From Squalus acanthias (lineage: Eukaryota), in contig JASTWF010000070.1 of assembly GCA_030390025.1 (NCBI GenBank), positions 496,001 through 560,000 of the forward strand: DNA of 64,000 bases, read 5' to 3'. A program made the position numbers and the translations under genes. Below the pieces are notes generated by a model that ran no database searches, was not told the origin of the DNA, and saw only the letters and a program-made list of their open reading frames with translations. Below, piece after piece: positions 1 through 12,749 of the stretch (position 1 is its first letter; each line of letters starts with the position of its first letter).

Positions 1-1129
1 GACGAAATCCCTGCTTCTGCCCTCCTGTGCATTGTGCAACCCGGCTGCGTTGGTCTCCTGGGTAGCTCTCTTTGGAAGGGAAAAGAACCTCCCTACGTGC
101 TCTGGAGGGAGGCATGGGATAGTCTGGGTGCAGCCGTGCGCCTCTGCGCAGTGCTTGTCACTGTTGTGGATCACTGACAGCACAACTGTCAAAGTAAATT
201 TGCGCACGGGCCCTTGAAGGATACCGGCGGATGACGCGTAGCATACGACGTCATCAGACCCGCTTCCTTCAATTGGCCGGGAAACTCGCCGGGCGTGCTT
301 AGGAAGCCCAATGAGGGGAATGTCATGTCGGAAGCCGGGATGGAGCCAGCAGCGACCCGCCACCGACATCGCCCGCCACGCACCCTCCCAGTCGGGGACA
401 TCCCGGATATCCACAAGGAGTCTTTTTCACCGATCTACGATACTCTGTGTGAAATGTTCAACTTTTCCTCTTTTGCTGCCCCGCGTGTAGTTCATTAGCT
501 ATCTTCCAGATGATGTCCCCTTTCAATACTTGATTGAGCAACGGAACCAGATTGAGTTTCAGCAATCTCTTTCGTAATCTAATCCCAGAATGATGCGTGG
601 CGCTCTTTAATGAATGGCCTGCAATGGAATAATTTCACTTTTGAAGCTAGGGCGCCAAAATGACACATGTGGTCTCAGCACCGATCTACAGAAGCTTAAA
701 GTTTGGAAATCAAATAGCCACGTGATGTGTGGTGTCAGAATAGTCCTTATCCCTCACTTTAATATAGGCTGGTGGATTCAAGAGATAGAGATATGAATAA
801 TCTTTATTTATCTGTACACTTATAGAAACTTAGCACCTCCAGTGCTATGAGAATGACTTTAATTGTACTCACAATCGCAGCTATTTAATTATGCAAGGTA
901 AGCACGGTGCTCGTAGGTCAGCACGTTCATTCTACGTGTGATTATTACGTACGCACGCAGGGTTAATATGTGAACTCGTTGGTGCTCACGCATGCTACTC
1001 GCAGGCCCGTATCCCCCTACCACCCTTGCTCATGCTCATTGGCGACACTCTCTGTCCAGTGTTCTCCGGACATTTCATATGTATGATTAACCATATTCAG
1101 AATCCTCACTTGCTGATCTAGGAGCACAG

Positions 1130-2345
1130 GAACAGGAGTAGATCCACAGTGGATTACCTCACACTCCCCCACATTGAGCGACATCTGTCATGTTTCACCC
1201 CCATCACAACCTGCACATATCCCCTTCCAAATTGTTGCTCCCATCTACAAAAGTTACTCTGCCTCCTAACTTAACACCAGCTGCAAACTTGGATATACAA
1301 CTCCCTATTCCTTCATCCAACTCATTAATATATGTGGTGGAAAGATTGAGGCCCCAGAACAGATCCCTGGGGAACACCACTTGTCACATCCTGCCAATCT
1401 GAGTACCTCCTCTTTATCCCGACTCTCTGTCTCCTACTTCCCATCCAAACTCCAACCCAAATCAAAAGGCTCCACCCAATTCCATGCGGTCTCAACGTGG
1501 CCATTAATCTTTAATGTGGAACCTTATTGAATACCTTCTGGGATTCCATATAGATAATATCCATAGACACTCCTTTGTCTATCTGATTAGTGGCCTCCTC
1601 AAGAAATGTAACTGGATAAGTCAGAAATGATTTACCTTTTACAAAGCCATGCTGGCCCCCTCTGATCAGCTCATATTTGCATAGGTGATCAATCACTCTA
1701 ACCTTAATGACAGATTCGATTAATTACCCCACGACTGACGTTAAACTGACAGGCCGGTGGTGACCTGGTTTCTCTCTCCCACCCTTCTTCAATAATACAG
1801 TATCTGGAGCACAGTGTACAGGTTCTGGGCACCGCATCTCAGAAAGGATATACTGGAGGGAGTTCAGCGCTGATTCACCAGAATGTTACCAGGGATGCAA
1901 GGGTTACATTACTAGAAGAGATTAGATAAACTAGGCCTGTATTCCCGGGAGTATAGAATGTGATTTGATTGAGGTTTTGGGGATTTTTTGAGGGATTGAT
2001 AGTTTAGATACAGCGAAACTACTCCTCTGGTGGGGGCGGAGAGAGGGAACGTCCTGAACAGAAGGGGTTAACCTTAAAAATAGAAGTCCAATAGGGAATT
2101 TAGGAGAAACTTTTTTACCCAGAGAGTGTGAAAATGTGGAACTTGCTGCCACGTAGAATATTTGAGGTGAATAGCACAGATGCATTTAAGGGGAAGCTAG
2201 ATAAGCTCATCAGGAAGAAAGGAATAGAAGGATATGTTAATGGAGTGAGGTGAATAGGGGTGGGAGGATGCTCGTGTGGAGCATAAACACCGGCATAGAC
2301 TGATTCGGCTGAATGGCCTGTTTGTGCTGTACATTCCATGTAATC
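1130..2345. mobile_element. Two decayed CR1-type LINE fragments in opposite orientation (copy at ~59300-60510)
   Basis: Minus-strand QHGFVKGKS...KVPH RT fragment and a plus-strand CR1 3' end (gagaaacttttttacccagagagtg). Confidence 0.75.
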
Positions 2346-2726
2346 CACTCAATGTCCCTTTAAGTGCTGAGTAAAGGCAGATCACTTTAAGTTGGTAGCA
2401 GCATTTCATGTTTATTAAGAGCTGTGTTACACAAGTTCCCAATCACAATACGGTCACAGACTAAAGGGAAATCTGTCCCTGTTCGACATACAGAGAAAGT
2501 TTACACTCATGATATTGGGGACAATTGTACAGAAACTTCCATCTCACAAAGCTGAACAATCATTTCACTCACATCAGATATTATTTAACATTCTGATTGT
2601 TTACCAAAAACTGAAATTGCTACAGAGATTACATTGCAAAAAAAGCTGGATTGCACACATCGAATGATCAGTTTCAGTATATTAAACACTAGCAAAAATC
2701 AACCTCCGCTGCCAGCGCGCACCGCC

Positions 2727-3055
2727 TCAGTCTGAACACGAGGAGGCGCTGATGGTCTTGAGAAGAGGTGAGCTCAGGGAGCCGTGGCTGACGCTGCAGG
2801 AATAGCTGGAGCCCTTGTTCCAGGCGGCGGCGGGGACTCTGAGGTAACTGCTCATGCTGTAGGTTTGATCGCTGTCCGGCGACACGGCGCCTGTCGACAC
2901 CCCGCTGTCTGTCTCTTGGCCATCCACGCTCCAGCGGAGCCGCACCAACCCTGGCTTGAAGCGACTCACCAGGCAGGACAGAGTGGCCGATCCCGAGCCG
3001 ATTTCTTCCGAAGATGGAGGGAGGAGAAGAACCGAGGGGCTTCGATCCTCGCTGC
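2727..3055 (-). CDS. Ig light chain constant exon, cluster 1 (type I / NS5 / sigma-cart-like)
   Basis: Acceptor catag|GC, phase 1. Encodes (S)SEDRSPSVLLLPPSSEEIGSGSATLSCLVSRFKPG...W...YSCSVSHGSLSSPLLKTISASSCSD*. C1-set Cys/Trp/Cys and a C-terminal Cys for heavy-chain linkage; resembles shark type I C regions as recalled. Confidence 0.95.
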
Positions 3056-4818
3056 CTATGTGTGCGGGGAGAGAAAATTCATTAGTTTATGGAATCCATC
3101 AGCAGTGTGACGCTCTGATCTGAAATCAAAGACGCCAAAGAACCCCGAACAACATTCACTTTAAAATAAATTACTGATTAATACAGGAGTTCCACTAAAT
3201 TCTTTCTTTCCATTCGTTTTCTTTCTTTCTATCTTTCCTTCTTTCTTTCTTTCGTGCAAAATAACAACAGAAAATGCAAGAAATGCAGACCGGGTCAGTC
3301 AGCATGTGTGAGGTGGAAAGATCAGTAACTGACCAGTTCAGGTGCAGGTTACACCCACGGAACCGCACTAACCTGTCTGTTCCCGTTACAGACACTGACC
3401 GACCGGCCGTGTATTCCCAGCATTTTTAGTTTTTATTTGATTTTCTATAATTGCAGTTCTTTCCCTTTTTACTTCAATATAATAAAGCGTTTGATTGTCT
3501 TAACACGTGGTTAGTGTTAACTTTAACTTTAACGGTGAAATTAAGGATCTCTGACCCGCTTTACACCGATGGTCCGCACTGTTTGATGAAGGGTTTACAC
3601 TGTTCGATATTTCTAGTGAAAGGGGGAATAATAATTTTAAAAGTTACTCGCTGCAGAGGTAAGTAAGGATTCCTCCCCGCGCGGGTGAACTGATTTCTAT
3701 CTCGGGATCAGGTCAGTCTCGCTCGTCCGGGAGCGATCCGTTCAACACTGGGCGGTAGAGGGACCCGACAGATCAACCCAGGAGAATCGGCGCTATCCCC
3801 GGGGGGACACTGGACAGTGAGAGTCAGCAGACATAGCCTAGGGGAGGGGAGAGGGTCAGCAGCGAGAGAATGAGATTGAGAGAAAGTTCCCTTCAACAAG
3901 CATCACCCAGTCTCAATCACACACACGGGGCTGGTCAGTAATTGTCACTGCGCCGCTCCATGGTAAAGCGGCGGTTCTGCTCCATAAACAGCGGGGACAT
4001 TGCGAATAATAAACTCAGACAGATTAAATATCGCAGCATGAAATTCAGATTAAAACCGGACTCGTCAAACGAATACAATCCGGACTCGTCCCGGTGTTGC
4101 TGGCCGCAGGGAGTCGATCCAACCGGTTGTGTGCTGGGACAGCGGGTCTCGGGAGGGACCTCTCTCTCCCAGCCCAGAGCCGGACACCCGACGGCTGCGG
4201 TCAGGGGGACAATACGCCACAGGAATAAAACCAGCAGCAACATTGAAAGTTGCAAATGACGGTCAATGGGTTGGGATTCCCCGGGGATCTCTCCCGCCGC
4301 CTCCGGGCTATCTATTTAAAATCGGGCGGTGCCGACTCTGGACAATAGGAATAATTCCACATACACTAAGGAAATAAGTAAGGAACAGCATAGAATCATA
4401 CAGCACAGAAGGAGGCCATTCAGCCCATCTTGCCTGTGCCGGCTCTTTGAAAGATCTCTCCAATCAGTCCCACTCCCCTGCTCTTTCCCCACAGCCCTGC
4501 AATTTTCTCCTGTTCAAGTCTCAGTGTAACATAGTGACATATTCAGTGTCCACTGTCAGAACTTCACAGTGTAGCTCACAACTTTCCTCTCTCTCTCTCT
4601 CTCTCTCTGTCCGCACCCGAATGATACGGGGCTTAGAAGTTCAAATTACGAGGACGGGTTGCGTAAACGTGGCTTGTATTCCTTTGAGTTTAGAAGAATC
4701 AGCTGTGATCTGTTCGAAGTGTTTAAAATGTGAAAAAGGATTCGCTCGGGTAAACACAGAGAAATGATTTCCTCTGGGCGGGGAATCAAGAACCAGGGGA
4801 CATCAACTTAAAATTAGA

Positions 4819-5189
4819 AATAATAACAGAAAAGGCTGGAAAAACTCAGCAGGCCAGGCAGCATCCGTGGAGAGAGAAACAGGGTTAACGTTTTAGGTCG
4901 AAGACCTTTCGTCAGAACTGGAAAAAAGCAGGAAATGGCATAGATTTTAAAGCAAGTTTAGGGGCTGAGAAAAGGGAAAGAACAAAAGGGAAGGTCAGTG
5001 ATAGGATCAAAAGCAGGAGAAGAGAGAGACATTGAGAGATATTAAGAGATATTCAAGGTAAGAGGAGGTGGTAATGGGACAGGTTAAGGAACAAAGGATG
5101 GATCGAGATGAAGTGTGAAATGAGCTGGCAGAATGAAGGACAGCTGCCAAGTGCGAGGGAAGAAAAAAAGGCCAAACAAAAAGTGGGGA
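4819..5189 (-). mobile_element. Penelope-like 3' fragment specific to cluster 1, with a 10-bp target-site duplication
   Basis: Reverse-complement similarity to 49910-50010. Flanked by TAAAATTAGA at 4809-4818 and 5190-5199. Absent at the equivalent sites of clusters 2 and 3. Confidence 0.7.
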
Positions 5190-5749
5190 TAAAATTAGAG
5201 CCCGGCCATTTAGGAGGGAAGCACTTTCTCACACAGGCTCGAGTCGCTGAATGGCCTCCTCCTGTTCCTATATCACTATTTTATCAATCAGTGCTCATGT
5301 GAGGGCATTTGACCCATCGTGCCTGTGCCAGCTCTTTGAAAGAGCTATCCAATCATTCTCACTCCTCTGCTCTTTCCCCGTGGCCATGCAGTTACCTTTT
5401 CAAGCATTTATCCAATTCACTTTTGAAAGTTACTATTGAATCTGCTTCCACCGCCCTTTCAGGCAGCGCGTTCCAGATCACAACAACTCGCTGATTAAAA
5501 AGAACACTTCTCCTCATCTCCCCTATTGAATGGGAGCAGGAAATGGTGTCAAACTTAATTTCAGCGCAGTATTATTCCCCGAGACGCTTCAATAATTCCA
5601 ATTCTGATCATCTTAAACTTTTTTGGGTATAAATAGATCCAACATCAAAATTCACTGAATCGAGATTTCTCTGGCGCCCGGGAATGAAAGCGACTGTAAA
5701 TTAATGATAATTGAAACAATGTAACTGATAGAATGAGAGAGTCACTTAC

Positions 5750-6112
5750 TCTTTATATTCAGGGCGGTTCCAGGTCCGAAGATGTGTGTGCTTGCTTTGT
5801 CATCCCATATCCGACAGTAATAGACGGCGGAGTCACCGGGCACCAGGGTTCCGATGGTCAGAATACAACTGTTACCGGAGGCATCCCTGGAAGGTTGAAA
5901 ACGGTCTGTGAAGCCGGTGCCTCGATTTATGGTGCCATCATGCTTGTGATATATCACCCAAACCGGAGCTTCCCCGGGTCGCTGTCGGTACCAGCTTACA
6001 GAGCAGCGAGTCACTTTGTCGTTCTCCAGGCCACAATTTAATACGGCGGTCTGACCCGCGGAGACTGGATCGGATATTGGGGACTGTTTGAGGACGGGAG
6101 CCGCCAGGACAC
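5750..6112 (-). CDS. Germline-joined VJ exon, IgL cluster 1
   Basis: ttgaag| acceptor, |GTAAGT donor, 363 nt, phase 1-1, open. Encodes (G)VLAAPVLKQSPISDPVSAGQTAVLNC...WYRQRPGEAP...DSAVYYCRIWDDKASTHIFGPGTALNIK. V runs directly into the J motif FGxG with no RSS. Confidence 0.95.
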
Positions 6113-6261
6113 CTTCAATAAAAGAACAAAATCAACCCATTCAGAGACTTGGAGCAAATAGGACGTTAATGCCTCAATAAACACGGAGAGAAAACCCGAT
6201 TCTCGGTATTGAACCGATTTACTTGCGGATAAACCCGTGACCAAAACCATCCGTCTCTCAC

Positions 6262-6310
6262 CTGTGAAATGGATCAGCAAAGCCCACAGGAGATGCATCG
6301 TTGGAGCCAT
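6262..6310 (-). CDS. Leader exon, IgL cluster 1
   Basis: ATG, MAPTMHLLWALLIHFT, then G|GTGAGA. 49 nt, phase 1, matching the VJ exon. Confidence 0.92.
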
Positions 6311-6427
6311 TACCTCCGGAGAAGCGCCAACAGCCACCGCTCAAATTTCCGCCTGAACCGTGTGCTGTTCCTGTAAACTCCGGGACCCGGTCTGGTTACA
6401 GTGTCTGCAAACCCGAGACTCCGGGTC

Positions 6428-6450
6428 TATTTATTACCCGGTATGCAAAT
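6428..6450 (-). promoter_or_regulatory. IgL promoter: octamer ATTTGCAT plus TATA-like TAATAAATA
   Basis: ATGCAAAT on + at 6443-6450 reads ATTTGCAT on the gene strand, the light-chain orientation. About 135 bp upstream of the ATG; same motif at 53188-53195. Confidence 0.85.
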
Positions 6451-7772
6451 GGCTGGGAGGGGCCAGGGAAAGGATGGAGGCAGATTTTCAGTTCGGGTAT
6501 TTTTTTAATCTATTTGTGGCTGATTAAGTTATTAAAATCTTAAACCTGTAATTTACAAATGTTTAATCTGCATTTGGAGTTTCTGTTAAGGGATGGGTTC
6601 CAAGATTTCGAATATTTTTGCGTTTCATGAATATTTAGTCTGTGTTCTACCCCAGAAAAATGAGGGGCGGATTGTAGAGATACGGATAAGCTGATGAACT
6701 TCGGCCGGAATCGTTCTGATATCGCGCTGTTACTCTCTGATATACTGTGTCAGATTTAAAATAATCTTTCCACCCTAAAATACATATTTCATAATAGACT
6801 GATGTCCCTTTCTCTAAATCAGCAGCAAGACAACCCTGGATTTGTCAATCCCTTTAAAATTGGTGTTTCAATTGACAAATATGATTTGGGCTTCAGTCTG
6901 AAAATACATTTCTGATGAGAATATATCTGAGGCTGAGTAAAGAGCGAATTAGATGAATGAGAAAGAGGGGACGAAAGCGGCATTTTACACCCTGCTGCGG
7001 ATTAAAGAGAAGTTTTTCTATTATACTCTGAGGCGCCCCATTTAAAACTCAGGAGGGCAAATAAAACTCGGCACAATATTAATAAAATGACACCTTGCCT
7101 TTAGTTTACTGCGAGTACGATTAATGCGCGCAGTTCCCGTTTTAAACCCTGTTCCAGTTGAATTATTAAGCAGCGGGGTCAGTTGTTTCTGGGGCTCTGT
7201 GATGTTGAACATTTCCCCTGTCTGGAGTCAATCCCTAACTACCACACTGAGTTTTGGTTCATGTTTTTAAAAGTCAGATTGAAACTGGTTAGTGTCAGTT
7301 ACTTGAGGGCGAAAGAAAATTCATTAAATTGTTAATAATTGGGTTGGCTCCAGATATTAGCGTCAAAGGAATAATATTTTTTTGTTTCATAAATAAATAT
7401 CTGAATTGTGTATCTGTGAAGTTAGATATTTCCCTGTTTCTTAGAAAAACACACAGAGCGGCCGGAGGGATTTCCGCCCCCTGGAGTAGCCGGCAATGAA
7501 TCCGGGCATGGACTGGTTCTCACGTGGACAAGGGGCTTTTCGGTGAAGCCCAGGCGCTTGGTTCTGTTTCTGCGCTTGAACTGATCACTGATTCCTCTGG
7601 TCTGTTAAAATTATTAAAGGGGCTTTTGTGCTTTGACTGGAGCTGCTCTCACAACCTTGCACAGGGACCAAGAGCTTTGTCACTGCTGACAGTGACACGG
7701 CTGACTGGAGAACCAATCATTGCAGAGCACTGGCCACACAGCGCACTGCACCTTGGGAACTGTAGTTCCACA

Positions 7773-9870
7773 TAGAATGCAACAGTTATACGTTCCTTTC
7801 TGGCGTAAAAACACAAAAGGAAAAGCGGCCCAACCATGGCTAACAAAATAAATTAAGGATAGTATTAGATCCAAAGAGGAGTCATATAAAGTTGCCAGAA
7901 AAAGTAGCAAGGCTGAGGATTGGGAACATTTTAGAATTCAGCAAAAAAGGACCAAGAGATTGATTAAGAGGGGAAAAATAGAGTATGAGAGCAAAATTGC
8001 AAGGAACATAAAAGCGGACCGTAAAAGCTTCTACAATTATGTAAAAATAAAAAAAGATTAGTGAAGACAAATTTAGGTCCCTTACAGTCAGAAACGGGAG
8101 AATTTATAATGAGTAACAAGGAAATGAAAAGCAATTAAACAAATACTTTTGTTCTGTCTTCACGGAAGAGGACACAAATAACTTCCCAGACATGCTAGGG
8201 AACGAAGGGTCTCGTCAGAAGGAGGAATTAAAGGAAGTTAGTATTCGTAAAATAATTGCGCTGGGGAAGTTAATGGGACTGAAAGCTGATAAATCCCCAG
8301 GGCCTTATAATTTGCATCCCAGAGTACTAAAAGAGGTAGCCATGGAAATAGTGGATGCATTGTTTGTCATCTTCCAAAATTCTATAGATTATGGAACAGT
8401 TCCTGCAGATTGGAGGGTGGCAAATGTAACCCCACTATTTAAAAAAGGAGGGAGAGAGAAAACAGGGAACTACAGGCCGGTTAGCCTAACATCAGTAGTA
8501 GGGAAAATGCTAGAGTCTATTATAAAGGATGTGATAACAGAACACTTAGAAAATATCAATGGGATTAGACAAAGTCAACATGGATTTATGAAAGGGAAAT
8601 CGTGTTTGAAAAACCTACTGGAGTTTTTGAGGATGTAACTGGTAAAATAGATTAGGGAAAACCATTGGATGTGGTGTATTTGGATTTTCAGAAGGCCTTT
8701 GATAAAGTCTCACATAAGAGCTAATGTGTGCAGAATTAAAGCTCGTGGGATTAGGGGTAACATACTGGCATGGATAGAAAATTGGTTAACAGAGCGGAAT
8801 CAGAGAGTAGGAATAAATGGGTCTTTTTCGGCGTGGCAGGCAGTGACTAGTGGGGTAACGCAGGGATCAGTTCTTGGGCCCCAGCTATTCACAATATATA
8901 TCAATGATTTGGATAAGGGAATCAAATGTAATATTTCCAATATGCTAACGACACGAAACTAGGTGGGATTGTGAGTTGTGAGGAGGATGCAAAGAGGCTT
9001 CAAGGCGATTTAGACAAGTTGAGTGAGTGGGCAAATACATGGCAGATGCAGGCGGATAAATGTGAAGTTATCCACTTCGGTAGGAAAAACAGAAAGGCAG
9101 AGTATTATTTAAATGGTGATAGATTGGGAAATGTCGATGTACAAATGGACCTGAATGTCCTTGTACACCAGTCACTGAAAGCAAACATGCAGGTGCAGCA
9201 AGCAGTTCGAAAGGGAAATGGTATGTTGGCCTTCATTGCAAGAGGATTTGAGTAAAGGAACAAGGATGTCTTACTACACTTATACAGGGCCTTGGTGAGA
9301 TCACACCTGGAGTACTGTGTGCAGTTTTGGTCTCCTTGTCTAAGAAAGGATATACTTGCCATAGAGGGAGTGCAGCGAAGGTTCACCAGACTGATTCCTG
9401 GGTTGGCAGGACTGTCGTATGAGAAGAGATTGGGTAGACTAGGCCTGTATTCACTAGAGTTTAGAAGAATGAGAGGGCATCTCATTGAAACGTATAAAAT
9501 TCTGACAGGGCTAGACAGGCTGGATGCAGGGAGGATGTTTCCCCTGGCTGGGAGGTCTGGAACGAGGGGTCACAGTCTCAGGATACGGGGTAGAACATTC
9601 AGGACTGAGATAAGGAGAAATTTCTTCACTCAGAGGGTGATGAACCTTTGGAATTCTCTACCACAGACAGCTGTGGAGGACAAGTCACTGAATATACTTA
9701 AGAAGGAAATAGATAGATATCTAGACACAAAAGGCATCAAGGGGTATGGGGTGAGAGCGGGAATATGGTATTGAGATGGAGGATCAGCCATGATCATATT
9801 GAATGGCAGAGCAGGCTCGAGAGGCCGAATGGCCTACTCCTGCTCTTTTTTCTATGTTCATACTTTCTAT
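7773..9870 (+). mobile_element. 5'-truncated CR1 LINE (ORF2 RT with frameshifts)
   Basis: KSPGP...NYRPVSLTS...QHGF...SGVTQGSVLGP...LEYCVQFWSP...RNFFTQRV. Absent upstream of cluster 2 (junction at ~54510). Confidence 0.92.
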
Positions 9871-9899
9871 GGCCAATAGCCAAGTCAGCGCATCTATTG

Positions 9900-10840
9900 A
9901 CACCACTGTGTCAGATCGACCTCGCGACCACCTCTCTCGACCCATCCACTGTCTCTAAATTGTCACACTGCTTGTCCAATATCCAGCACTGGATGAGCAG
10001 AAATTTACACCAAATAAATATTGGGAAGACCGAAGCCATGGTCTTTGGTCCCCGGCACAAATTCCGCTCCCTCGCCATGGACTCCATCCCTCTCCCTGGC
10101 AGAACCAGACTGTTCAGAACCTTGTTGTCATATCTGACCCTGAGATGATCTTCGGACCACATACCTGCACCATAACTAAGACTGCCTATTTCCACCTCTG
10201 TAACATCGCCCATCACCGGCCTTGCCTCAGCTCATCTACGGCTGAAACCCTCATCCGTGCCTTTGTGACCTCTAGACTTGAATATTCCAAAGCACTTCTG
10301 GCCGGCCTCCCACATTCCAGCCTACTTAAACTTGAGGTCATCAGAAACTCGGCTGCCCGTGTCCTAATTCTAAACAATACCTTTTCAATGATCACACCTG
10401 TGCTCGTTGAACTACATTGGCTCCCGTTTCGGCAACACCTCGAATTTAAATATCTCATCCTTGTTTTCAAATTCCTCCACGGCCTCACTATCCGTATCTC
10501 TGTAATTTCCTCCAGTCCCACAACCCTGCGAGATATCTGTGCTCCTCTAATTCTGGCCTATTGGACATCCCCAATTATAATCTCTCAAACATTGCTGGCT
10601 GTGCTTTCAGCTGCCTGGGCCCTAAGCTCTGGAAATCCCTCCCTGAACCTCGCCAACTCCCTATATTTCTCTCCTCCTCTAACACGCTCCTTAAAACCTA
10701 CCTCTTTGACCAACCTTTTGGTTATTTGCCCTAATATATCGTTAGTTCTTACGTGGCATGGAGTAATTTTTTTCTGAAAACGTTCTTGTGAAGCACCTTG
10801 CGACATTTACTACGTTAAAAGCGCTGTATAAATACCAGTT
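9900..10840 (+). mobile_element. L2-clade LINE 3' part (copy at ~54540-55410)
   Basis: Motifs AETLIRAFVTSRLEY, ITPVLVELHWLP and LKPTSL. Confidence 0.8.
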
Positions 10841-11849
10841 GTGGTTGGATTTGGATCGGGACTTAAGGCAGGACTCGCAGGAAACAGCCTATTTTACAGC
10901 AAACAAACCTTATTTGCTCAGCAAACAGAGTTTATTTAAGCAGCGCAGTATAGCAAACAGTCTACAGAGTCTATTTAAAAAGATTCTGTACGAACTACAG
11001 CAAATAGAATTCCTGACGCAAACTACAGCAACACTCCCTCTCTCACTGTGTCTCTCTGACTCTCTCTTTCTCTCTCTCTCTGTCTCTCTCTTTCTCTTTC
11101 TCTCTGATAGCTCAGCGAACATGCGCAGGAAGTACAATGAGACATAGTTTACAATTTTGCTTTGATATGTGATTCACACACATCTAAAAACTTAATCATG
11201 ATTCCAGAAACAAAACTTGGGGAATACACATCATTCAATCAAGAATGTTCGCGACAACAAATTTTTCAATTAAATGCAAGCAATGGTTACACACAAAACC
11301 ATCATGAATTAATAGAAATGTGTGTTTCGATCATCAGGTAATGCTAAGCAGATCCATTAGATGTAAACCTCCCTTTACAACTGCCAGTGATGCTAACTAA
11401 CACATTTCAGCAGAAAAGGTCTCTGGAAATTTCTCCTCAACTCCCTTACACAAGCAAGCTCCAGCAGTACATGGTTACCAACAATTCCAGTCATACTTAA
11501 AATACTTTCGACTGACTGCAATGTGTCATTACTGGATATTTCTTAAATTGTGGAATAGAATAGATTTCTGCAACACTTTCTATTGCACAAGGTGTAGGTT
11601 GTCTTTAAACACACGCGTACAGATACCGGTATGCATTCATTTATTGTGGATTGCATTTTAATCACAAGAACAATTTTTAGAAAACTTCTCCCAGGTATCA
11701 TCGGAGGGGTTCAGGCCTTCCCAAGTATTGCCGGGTGTTCGTCGGTTAAGTGGTGGATTTTCTGTCCACAAATGGCCTTGTGGTTGATATCTCTCTTTGG
11801 AGAGTGTGCAATTCAGCAGTTACAGAATATAACTACCTCTCCTGCCCGC

Positions 11850-12225
11850 GTCTGAGTCAGAAGGTAGTGGGTTCAAGTCCCACTCCACAGAACATAATCC
11901 AGGCTGATAACCCAGTGCCGGTACTGAGGGAGCGCCGCAATGTCGGAGGTGCCGCCTTTCGGATGAGACGTTAAGCCGAGGCCCGATCTGCCCTCTCAGG
12001 TTGACGTGAAAGATCCCACGGCCACTATTTCGAAGAAGAGCTGGGGTTCACCTGATTAAAATTTATCCCTCAACCAACATCACTAAAACAGATTATCTGG
12101 AAACCATAACGTTGCTGTTTGTGGGAGCTTGCTGTGCGCAATATGACTGCAAATTTTCCTATATTACAACAGTGACGACACTTTAAAAGTACAGCATTGT
12201 CTCCAAGCGTTTTGGGACATCCTGA
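11850..12225 (+). mobile_element. tRNA-derived SINE
   Basis: B-box-like gggttcaagtcccac and a body shared with copies at ~14830-15290, 25885-26580, 42150-42380 (-), 43295-43830 and 55420-55860. Confidence 0.75.
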
Positions 12226-12749
12226 AATCTGGACTGGGAGTTGGACCCACAAACTTTCAAGTCAAGAGGCGAGAGTGCTAGCAACTGCACCACTGCTAAC
12301 ACCTGAACATGCAGTGGTTTACTTATCCTACTTCAGTGTGAATCACGACTGTACACTGGGGAAGAACACGGTTTCCCAACCTTTATTTCAGAAATATAAC
12401 GGGCGTGAACAAAACCTCTCAAGAAATAAGCTAAATTAATATCCCGTTAATCAATCAGTCCCGTTTACATAATTAGCCTAAGGTAATTTGGTCAGAATGC
12501 AGAGTACTCTGAATGGTGGGCCCTGGTTTTAATATGCACTGAATGGAAACTCGCGACACAGCGCCCCTAGCGGCCAACATAAATATCTACTAAAATCAAG
12601 AAATTCTTTGAGGGACCTGCTGGCCAATTCGGAGGTAGGATGTTTGGACACATATTTATCATATCCAGCATCTCGCTGGGATAAATTCTCTTCTCATTCC
12701 TAAAAATCATGACAGAATCTAATTACAAAATAACAATTCATAAATTCCA

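Noticed and set aside
3935-4255. Signal-peptide-like ORF MLLLVLFLWRIVPLTAAVG in the IgL J-C intron
   Set aside because: It has no good splice donor or domain, the downstream frames differ between clusters, and cluster 3 is frameshifted within the peptide.
4565-4595. CACAGTG heptamer in the J-C intron of all three clusters
   Set aside because: No ACAAAAACC-like nonamer follows at 12 or 23 bp, and there is no adjacent coding segment.
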